Shown piece by piece: positions 54,285 to 64,000 of a stretch of DNA of 64,000 nucleotides. The translations under genes and the position numbers were made by a program. The stretch's first letter is position 1; each line of letters starts with the position of its first letter. The notes beneath the pieces are model-generated. The model worked only from the letters and a program-made list of their open reading frames with translations, did no database searches and was not told the origin of the DNA. The stretch spans positions 296,670,001 through 296,734,000 of the forward strand of contig OZ024742.1 of the NCBI GenBank assembly GCA_964016885.1, written 5' to 3'. Source of the stretch: Eledone cirrhosa (taxonomy: Eukaryota).

Positions 54285-54953
54285 ATCATCATCATCATCA
54301 TCAACGTTTAACGTCCGTGTTGCACGCTTGCATGGGTTTGGACGGGGGTAGTCCCACTTGAGGCAAGAGTGATTGTCTTGCTCGCATAGGACTGTCTGGC
54401 AGGTTTTCTACAGTTGGATGCCCTTCCTAACACCAACCACATTTACAGTGTGGGTCTGGGAGGTTTTTACCGTGTTACCTACACGGCCACATTACAGCGT
54501 GGACTGTGTGTTTTTTTGTCGTGACACCTACACGATCTCATTTGTTTCGGCCTGGATGGCGCGGCACCAACATAACTTTACATAGAACGGGGTGGTGTGG
54601 ATGGGGTGGGGGGTGGGGATGGGGTGTATTTTGTTAGAGATGCCTACTGGCTGGAGTAGGTTTTACTATATATTTAGGTAAGGCGGGTCTTCTCTGTTAC
54701 TGAGTACCGCCAAAGGTCTCGGTGGTAAGGCGGGTCTTCTCTGTTACTGAGTACCGCCAAAGGTCTCGGTCCAGTGACATTGTCTTGGAGAGGTGTTAGT
54801 GTGTGAGGTCGGAGTTTATCAGCTCGTCCCAGGTTTTTCTAGGTCTGCCTATTCCGTGGCTACCGTCTATCTTTATTGCCCTGCACTTTGTTATACAGCT
54901 ATCGACTTTCATGCGCATCACGTGTCCATACCAACGTAGCCTTCTCTCGAGTA
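54285..54953 (-). mobile_element. RTE family 3' fragment with a ~47-bp internal tandem duplication
   Basis: Matches the 3' end of copy 2; ggtaaggcgggtcttctctgttactgagtaccgccaaaggtctcggt is duplicated. Confidence 0.93.
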
Positions 54954-55143
54954 AAATGGAAATAAATCCTTTTTATAGTTATCGTAGTTGATGAATACAA
55001 AAGTCAAAATATGAAAATTTTCTTTAAAACGTAAGCATAAACACACTAATTCTGTTCAAGGTGTGAAATGTTAATTCACATTAAGTACAAATGTATATAT
55101 ATATATATATATAAATGTATTTAGACACCTGTACACGCACACC

Positions 55144-56055
55144 TATGTGTGGCTTTTGTTTCACAGCATATACAATTGTATATTTGTGAGTGTATGTGCA
55201 TGTCTTAGTATATATGTATATATATATGTTTGTATGTGTGTATACATATATACAAAAACATGAACACACACTCACAAATATACAATTGTATATGCTGTGA
55301 AACAAAAGCCACACAGGTGTATACAGGTGTCTAAATATATTCATACATAATGTTATTTCTATAAATATGTAAACCATATAAATGTAATTGAATACTGCTT
55401 ACTTACATACACAGAAAAACATGCATCTTTCTCTCTCTCTCTCTCTTTCTCTCTCTCTCCCTCTCTCTCTCTCTCTATCATCATCATCATTTCATTTTAC
55501 GTCCGCTTTTTCCCTGCTTGCAAGGGTGGGACGGGAAATGATTCTGGCTTGATTTCTACAGCTGGATGCCCTTCCTAACACCAACCTCATTTACAGTGAG
55601 TGCTGGGTGCTTTTTTGCCATGGCACCTGCACGACCACTTTGCAGTGGAATGATATGGACCCCAGTCCCTATCATCTCATTTCTACAGCTGAGTAAACTG
55701 GAGCAATGTGAAATAAAGTGTCTTGCTCAAGGAAACAACACATCACCCGGTCTGAGAATTGAACTCACAACCTTTCGATTGCAAGGCCAATGCTCTAACC
55801 ACTAAGCCATGTGCCTACATCAAGATGTAGTTCGATGCATTTGTTGCTTTTATGAGGATGTTATCCTCAGATGAAATTCGATTTTGTGATATGCTGTCGG
55901 CAGCATATCACAAAATCGAATTTCATCTGAGGATACCATCCTCATAACAGCAACAAATGCATCGAACTACATCTTGATTACATGGAAGAACCGTTGAAAT
56001 AATTATAATAAATAAACGATTTCTGTAACATCAGCATCTTTATTAATGTTAGTTA

Positions 56056-56111
<56 letters not shown>

Positions 56112-56409
56112 AAAAGATGCATGTTTTTCTGTGTATGTAAGTAAGCAGTATTCAATTACATTTATATGGTTTACATATTTATAGAAATAACATTATGTAT
56201 GAATATATTTAGACACCTGTACACACCTGTATACACCTGTGTGGCTTTTGTTTCACAGCATATACAATTGTATATTTGTGAGTGTGTGTTCATGTTTTTG
56301 TATATATGTATACACACATACAAACATATATATATACATATATACTAAGACATGCACATACACTCACAAATATGCAATTGTATATGCTGTGAAACAAAAG
56401 CCACACATA
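55144..56409. repeat. ~290-bp inverted repeat (55144-55430 / 56113-56409), each arm itself a fold-back
   Basis: Mirror ORFs 55081- and 56166+; internal inversion 55147-55195 / 55265-55313. Confidence 0.92.
55819..55978. repeat. 160-bp near-perfect palindrome (78-bp arms, tcgg centre)
   Basis: atcaagatgtag...atatgctg tcgg cagcatat...ctacatcttgat, about 2 mismatches. Confidence 0.96.
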
Positions 56410-56524
56410 TATATTTATTAAAATAAGTTTCAGAAGATCCCGTTAAGGGTGAAAGCAGCGATTCTTTGCTTAAACTTTAATCTGTTATTTTAATTATTAC
56501 TATATATATATATATATATATACA

Positions 56525-57244
56525 TTATTCCGGGTTGAATCGGAGGTAACCACAGTAAGTAAGGTACTCAATACATAGCAGAGTATAAAGGTTTTAATAT
56601 AGATGAGATTCTACAGGACTAGAACTGTTTCATTCTTTAGAAATCATCAGGAACCTGGGTATCAAAAAATAAATATGGTATTTATAGGTCTCTATGCCAG
56701 CCCTTGTGGCCAATAAAGAAATCATTATTATTATTAAACCGTCAAAAATTTTTTTCTCTCTGTTCCTGGCTTGTAGTCACTTTTCTTGTGTTGCTTAGGT
56801 CCCAAATAAATAAAAAAAGGTGCTATTAAACAGTTAAAAGTTTGGGTTTGTAAACATTCTAAGCTATTCACTAGAATTATTTGTATGCTGGTTTTTACGT
56901 TGTATGTAAGTTTAATTTGCTTATGTTAAATGATTTTTTTATATATGTTTTAGGTTAAATTAAAATTATAAAATAAAGAGTAATACCTAAAGAAAATTAT
57001 AAAAGTGCAATAAAGTATAAAATTATTAAAAAGTGGATTAAAGAGATTTATTGATACTGGATGTTCGCACCTTGAATAAAGGGTAAGTTGTGTTTTAAGC
57101 ATTCGTCTCCAGGATTAAGCAGTGGAACTTGGTCAAGGAGGAAGTGCAGGTGACAAGTCAGAGAAGTCGACATGAAACTTTCTCATGTTTTTACACCTTT
57201 AGGGATGGCCTATGCTTCTGCCATGACGTGCCTGTAGAATCTCA

Positions 57245-57247
<3 letters not shown>
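56525..57247 (-). mobile_element. Penelope-like terminal fragment with hammerhead (56606-56656) and short inverted 5' end
   Basis: Same terminus as the 51-kb array; cctgtagaatctcatct at 57231-57247 is an inverted copy of the ribozyme 3' part. Confidence 0.8.
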
Positions 57248-57275
<28 letters not shown>

Positions 57276-57285
57276 TTGTAACTAT

Positions 57286-59305
57286 ATCATCATCATCATC
57301 ATCATCGTTTAACGTCCATATTCCACGCTTGCATGGGTTTGGACGGGAGTTTTCCCACTTGAGGCAAGAGTGGTTGTCTTGGTCGCATAGGACTGTCTGG
57401 CGGGTTTTCTACAGCTGGATGCCCTTCCTAACACCAACCACATTTACAGTGTGGGACTGGGAGGTTTTTACCGTGTTACATACACGGCCACATTACAGCG
57501 TGGACTGTGTTTTTTTTTGTTTTTTGTTTGTTTTTTTGTCGTGACACCTACACAACCTCATTTGTTTCGGCCTGGATGTTGTGGCACCAACATAACTTTA
57601 CATTGAAAGGGGCGGTGTGGATGCGGTGGGGGTGGTGGGACGGGGGTGTATTTTGTTAGAGGTGCCTACTGACTGTAGTAGGTTTTACTTTGTATTTAGG
57701 TAAGGCGGGTCTTCTCTATTACTGAGTACCGCCAAAGATCTCGGTCCAGTGACATTGTCTTGGAGAGGTGTAAGTGTGTAACGTCGGAATTTATCAAGTC
57801 GTCTCAGGTTTTTCTGGGTCTGCCTACTCCGTGGCTACCGTCTATCTTTATTGCCCTGAACTTTTTTATACAGCTGTCGTCTTTCATGCGCATCACGTAA
57901 CCATACCGACGTAGCCTTCCCTCGAGTAAACAACATCTGATCCCTCTTATTTCTAATTTTTCCCTTAGTTCGTTAATGCTTTGCCGTTCACGTATATTAC
58001 TATTACACATCCAGCGGAGGATGCAAGCTTCGTTCCTCTCTAGTCTGCGTATATCCTCTGCACACAATGCCCAGGTCTCACTGCCATGCAACATTGCTGT
58101 TCGTATGCAGGCATCATACAACCTGCCTTTCATTTTTAGGGAGAACCCTTTAGCGGCTAATAGTGGTATAAGCTCTCTGAACTTTTTCCATCCAGTTCTG
58201 ACTCTAGCTACTGTACTTTCAGAACACCCTACCCCACTGCTGATTTTGTCACCCAGGTAACAGAAGCTGTCCACTATTTCTATAGAACCCTCTGCGCAAT
58301 TGAAAGAACTAGTATTTTGTGGGCACTTGCTGCTACTTATTGCACCAGAGCACCGGCCACATGTAAAATCTATGTTCTTAGTTAGCTTACCTGTGATCCC
58401 ACTACATCTTTTATGCACCCATACTTTGCATTTGGGACATAAAATGGAGTTTCTACCTATGCCTTTCCTAAACACTGAGCATGGCCATTTCCCGGAAGAG
58501 ACCGGCACCTTATTTTCTTTCCTACAAACTAGAACTTTAGTCTTAGCCAGGTTAATTTTATGGCCTTTTGATTCTAGGCCGTGCTTCCATGTTTGGAATT
58601 TCTTCTCTAGCTCGGCCATTGATTCAGCTATGAGCGTTAGATCATCTGCGTATAGGAGTTCCCATGGGCAGCCGGTCATGAACTCCACTGTTATAGCCTG
58701 AAGGGCAATAATAAATAGTAGGGGGCTAAGAACAGAGCCCTGATGAACACCAACTTTTACGCTAAACTCTTCACTATATTCGTTGTTAATTCTAACCTTG
58801 CTGACTGTTTCTTTATACATGGATTGTATAGCTCTCACAAGCCATTCATCAACACCTAGTTTACTAAGAGCCCACCAGATAATGGAACGGGGGACTCTGT
58901 CGAAGGCTTTCTCCAAGTCGACAAAAGCTAAGTATAGGGGTTTACTTTTAGCTAGGTACTTCTCCTGTAGTTGTTGTACAATGAAAAGAGCGTCTGTGGT
59001 ACTTTTGCCTGACACAAACCCGAACTGCATTTCATCTAGATCAATTCTCTCTCTGATTAGTTGTGCTATTACTTTTTCCGTGACCTTCATGACCTGGTCG
59101 ATTAATTTAAGGCCTCTATAGTTACTCCTATCTAGGGCATCTCCTTTACCCTTGTAACAGTTAATGATGATGCTTCTATGCCAGTCCTTCGGAACAACCC
59201 CATTCTGTATGACTTGGTGTGTCCCACCATTCCAGAGGCTTTCAGCATCTCAGCAACTATTTCCGAAGGCCCAGCCACCTTACCCGTCTTCATATCTTTG
59301 ATTGC
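57286..59305 (-). mobile_element. RTE LINE copy 3 (5'-truncated) with a 428-aa RT-PHD ORF
   Basis: ORF 57804-59090 contains QGSVLSP and YADD; (GAT)n tail; 5' end abuts (TA)n. Confidence 0.97.
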
Positions 59306-59336
<31 letters not shown>

Positions 59337-60023
59337 TAGAGAGAGTAGTGTAGTTAAATTGAAGCATTTCCCAGGCGGAAAACTTTGAAAACTCTGATTG
59401 CTTGCTTGTTTTGTCTTGGACGGGTAAAACATTACTTTGTTTTGTTTTGTTTCATTTGTCATCATTTGCACTTCATGTTTTTCTATTGCATTCTACCAGA
59501 TTTTAAATCAAATTATCTGTATTTTACGACACACACACACATATATGTGTGTATATAAAGAAAGATCAATTAAATAAGTACCACACTTGAAAACAGGTCA
59601 ATATGATCAATTAGTTGAAGGTAGTGCCCCAGCATGGCCACACTATAGTGACTGAAACCAGAATGTGAGAAATAAATATACAAATGCTGCCAAGATAAAA
59701 TGCATTGTATGAAGTATAAGAGTATTCCTTTCAATAGATTGTGCTGATAATATTGGATAAATAATTAAAGAAATATAACTTAACATTAATTGAATTATTG
59801 AATATGTTAATGATGCTTCTTGATTAAATCTAATAAACAACCATAATAATATGCCAAGTGTATTTGTACACAAACATACACACACATGTACAACCATACA
59901 GATGCATACACATACACAAACACAAACACAATTTGTTTTCTATCTCAGCCATATTGCTACAATAAGAAGTTAACTTTCTGGTCACTAGGGCCTGGATTCT
60001 AACCCTACATTTGTTCATGTAAG

Positions 60024-60348
60024 CAGGGTTGGATTTAGACCTTGGAGAGACTAGGGCACTTCATTTTTTTGTGCGTGTGTGTGTGTGGGGGGGGGGGGGG
60101 GGGTCATATATGAAAAGATTAGAATACATAGCAAACCTCCAATTTTACATTTCAAAGTCAGTTTGGCACAAGTAATTGGAATTGAAAAGTTATACATACA
60201 GGTATTAAATTCAGATAATTTAACCATCCTAAAAATAAAAAGCATCGCAGAAGACACAAATAAATTGCTACAGCCACCACTAGTTGGGGCCCCCACGACA
60301 AGGAGCACAGAAGAATTGCCCATGTTGCTCCCCATTAAATCTAGCCCA
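60024..60348. mobile_element. MITE with short TIRs (hAT-like)
   Basis: gggttggattta ... taaatctagccc; internal GGGGCCCCC. Confidence 0.5.
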
Positions 60349-60548
60349 CCATATAAGTAGTTATTTCTTTAAGGTTACACATACATGTAATCCTGTGTAT
60401 CATTTGTACATATATGCTGAACACTTATGTGATTATATCTTAGAAATTAATTATTAAAATAAATATCATCCTTGTATATAATTACTTTCATGTGTCAGTA
60501 ATAAACATAAACTACAGGTAATATGGGACATATAAGTGATTGAATATT

Positions 60549-60880
60549 CATCATCATCATCATCGTTTTTACATCTACTTTTCCATGCTTACATGGGCTG
60601 GACGGGTCCTTCTCAGCCAAACATCTCTCCACTTTTTGTGTTCCTTCGTCATCTCATCTGCCAGTTTTAGTTATTTGAAGTCAGCTCACACAACCTCTAC
60701 CCAGGTCTTTCTTGGTCATCCTCTACTGCAGCTTCCTTCCATTGGGATTTTCTCACATTTCTTCACCCATCAGTCATTGTCCATGAAATCACATGTCCAA
60801 AACAATGCAATCTTCTCTCCTGCACGCCACCTCAGACTCCTCTTAAACCCAGCTTCCCCCTCAACTCATCTCACAGTTCC
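60549..60880 (-). mobile_element. Old RTE 3' fragment
   Basis: (CAT)n tail, ttccatgctt stem, translates G*PRKTWVEVV. Confidence 0.7.
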
Positions 60881-62499
60881 ATGATATCTAAGTGAATTCA
60901 ACAGAAAATATGCAACATCTTGGTGATTCAGTAATCTACAGATAATATGTGATATGAAAGTGGTTGAGTATTTTACAGACAATATTTGACAAGGCTGTAC
61001 CTTTGAATTACATGAACAATTCATTTGAGAGTCTTTCACATATTTTCCATAAACCCAATTTCATTCATAGAGCTTGAGTTGACATGAAGCTTTCTTACTG
61101 ACCTACAATGACATTGAGCCCAAGACTTTAAGATTGTGAAGCAAACTTCTTAACCACACATCCATATCTGTCTCCATATGTTAGAAATGTAGAAAAGAAA
61201 TAGTGACTGAATTATATAGCATACTGTTATTGTTCAAATGACAGTAAGGGAGAATTCTGTAATAAACAAAATTCAGTGTAGCAACCAGTTACAAAGGCAT
61301 TAATACATATAGGATATAGAATTATACTGTATTAAAGTCCACTGAAAGGCAGCTTTACCAGAAGTCTATCATGTTAGATAGTCGAACCCTTTCATGGTTT
61401 GAAGGCATCAACTTTGCTCTCTTTGATGTTTCCAGTTTAACAGCATGAATACCATTAGCCCATTACTGTGTTGGCTTCTTGTATTGCATTCAATTCATCT
61501 GTACTTATTGCTGACAACTTTGTGTGCTGATGAAATGTAAAATAATATCTCTTGACCAGAAGGATATTCAAATGCTGCTGCATACTTGAAATCATTACCT
61601 ACTAGCCAATATGAGAACTTCTATGTGGTTATTTAATTTGCAAGAAATAAAAGCCAAATTTTATCAAATTGATTTAATGGCTAAATTCATCATCATAATC
61701 ATCATTGTTTTATGTCCATTTTTCCACACTGGCACGGGTTAGACAAGTTGTTCTGTTGTGAGTGATGATAAGTCAGGTGACTATGTCTTGCTCACACAGA
61801 ACTGAATTTTGCTTGGTTTCTATAGCTAGTGCCCTTCCTACCACCAACCAAATTTAAAGAGTGAGCCTCATTTACCTTTAGTATTTTATTTATTAGCTGA
61901 ATAAAAAAGACAACATAGACAATCAGTTCATTAGGAAAACTCTAGCACAATGGTAACACAAACGCATGATATTCAGTAGGCATAGGTTTGAATCCTATGG
62001 GAGATGCTGTCCACATTTTTTCCATCTCATGCCCAACTAATTACACAATGTTTCATAGTCAAAAATGTGTATTGTAGTCATTAATATATGTATGTATTCA
62101 GTGTATATGGAGTTTAGAATAGGTACACCATATCCCTGTGCATTGTAAGAAGCAACTAAAAAGGTTGGTGCCAGAAAGAGCATCCAAACAAAATCATTGC
62201 TTCAAAAAGGGCCCCATGTTGAAAGAAAGTCTGTTACATAGGGAACACACCTCTACTGTAACATGGAAAAGTGGCCTTAATATACTTTAATTAGTTTATA
62301 TATATATGTATTTTCGTTTTTTTACTTGAACTACCTTCAATTATGTCAAAGACATGACAGCCTCCCTACATGATAAACACACCCGGTACATGCTCTAAAG
62401 TGGTTGGTGATAAGAAGGGCATCCAGTTGTAGAAAGCCTTCCAAATAAAAGTATGCCAACAGTAGCATCCTGATAGCCCACTCTGAACAAAGGATTCAG

Positions 62500-63197
62500 T
62501 GTCTCATTGATACAGTAACAATGAGCAGCAAAGCAAAAGGACTCCAGAGGACCTCAGATATCGACATGTAACACCAAATGTGATGTAAACATCAAACAAG
62601 TATACTCCTTTAAATACCTAGGATATATCTTGACATCAGACGTCAGAAGTGACAGAAATAAAGAAAAGAATTACCTTATCAAAAAATGCTTTTACCAAAA
62701 TGAAATCCATATTTACAAACAGTATATACACTAAGTTCCATGTCCTGAAAATATGCATATGGTCTGTCCTTCTATACCGTGGTGAATGCTGGATACTAAG
62801 CAATATAAAGACAAGGGAATTGGATGCCATTAAAATGTGGTTCATGCACAGAATATTCAAAATATCTTGGATGGAAAAGAAAACCAACAATAAAGTCCTT
62901 AGATGGGGAGACATGGAAAGATCTCTTGTCCATACTATTAGAAAGAAGCAATTGGAACATTTTGGCCACAGAAACAAAAGAGACGGTTTGGAGAAGCTGA
63001 TTCTTTGTAACAAGATTGCTGGAAAGAGGAGACAAAAAATGCAAAGAACAACATTTACAGATAGCCTGAACCAATAAGTTAACAAAAAGTAGAATAAGAA
63101 AGAGTGATCCCATCCGGAACACTGACAACAAGAAGGACTGAAAAGCCATGATTGCTGATGTCTGGAACAGACCTCACACCTGATGATGATGATGATC
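62500..63197 (+). mobile_element. RTE/BovB-like LINE 3' fragment
   Basis: FKYLGY..EIKKRITLSKNAF..SVLLYRGECW..MWFMHRIFKISW..FGH..GKRRQK; (GAT)n tail. Confidence 0.85.
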
Positions 63198-63341
63198 ATA
63201 TATATATATCAGATATTGAGTTAGAAACTCAAAATAGTCTCTCACAATTAAATAGCTCCAAGAAAGAAGTTTTTTCTGAGCTGTGTAATATAATTGAATA
63301 TACAAGAGAGATAAACACAAATATAAACATACATGTGTTCG

Positions 63342-63779
63342 AATTGTAAAGGACCAAGTTCACTAGGGTGAAAAAAATACTAACTATAACAATATGGTTT
63401 TTCAGACTTAATTTAAAGTAATAAATCAAGAAAAAGAAGAACAAACCTATATTGGGCAACTGCCCGAAACACCTAGACAGCTATAGGAACTGTTCGCAAA
63501 TTATTAAGCGAAGGAATCACCAACTTTCTGCTCTTCAGTAGGTATAAAAATGAGTAATCGTTGCACTTCTAAGTATATCAGAAGACTGAATAGTGTGCGA
63601 ATATGAAATAACGCACATGTCTTGCGAAACAGCTCCTATAACTGTCTGGGTGTTTCAGGCAGTTGCCCAATATAGGTGTGTTCTTCTTTTTCTTGATTTA
63701 TTACTTTAAATTAAGTCTGGCAAACCATATTGTTATACGTAGTATTTTTTTTACCCTAGTGAACTTGGTCCTTTACAAT

Positions 63780-63780
<1 letters not shown>
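63342..63780. repeat. ~158-bp inverted repeat (63342-63499 / 63622-63780), Penelope pLTR-like
   Basis: Arms reverse-complementary with several mismatches; abuts (AG)n. Confidence 0.9.
63469..63545 (-). ncRNA. Hammerhead motif lacking one A of GAAA
   Basis: ataccta-CTGAAGA-gcaga..tttgc-GAA-cag..ctg-TC-taggtgt; the opposite arm keeps GAAAcag..ctgTC. Confidence 0.65.
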
Positions 63781-63825
<45 letters not shown>

Positions 63826-64000
63826 CATACATATATATAAAACATGGATAAATGAATGTAGAAAATATATGGCTGTGTGTTTGTGTATAATACTTCATAT
63901 GAAAAGTCCTATTTGTTTATAGTCAAGTTATAATATAGAAATTTCTTTCTATTTCCCTCCCAATGGTGATACATACTAAAGCTGTGTCTAATGGTCTTTA

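Noticed and set aside
61360-61530. Coding-like composition with splice-like ends
   Set aside because: Stops in the frames tested between the candidate splice sites

Overview
AT-rich, microsatellite-dense animal genomic DNA that looks intronic or intergenic. The repeat inventory (RTE LINEs with (GAT)n tails, tRNA-derived SINEs, Neptune-type Penelope-like elements, long (TA)n tracts) suggests a cephalopod such as octopus; that is an inference. No host gene can be called with confidence: there are only a few weak minus-strand exon candidates and a CpG-rich promoter-like patch near 33.6 kb. All recognisable coding sequence belongs to decayed retrotransposons. (1) Five copies or fragments of one RTE family whose reverse transcriptase carries an inserted C4HC3 PHD finger. 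(2) An older RTE with a twin-priming-like 5' inversion. (3) Remnants of R4/Dong-, Hero- and CR1/L2-like LINEs. (4) Several Penelope-like elements. The main unannotated signal is about a dozen type I hammerhead ribozyme motifs, found by manual folding. They include a 4x ~110-bp tandem array, a minimal dimer-type hammerhead on both arms of a 339-bp perfect fold-back, a U3-A8 covariant core and a U4A core shared by three copies. The window also holds at least five long fold-back (inverted) duplications. Coordinates were read by eye and may be off by a few bases.
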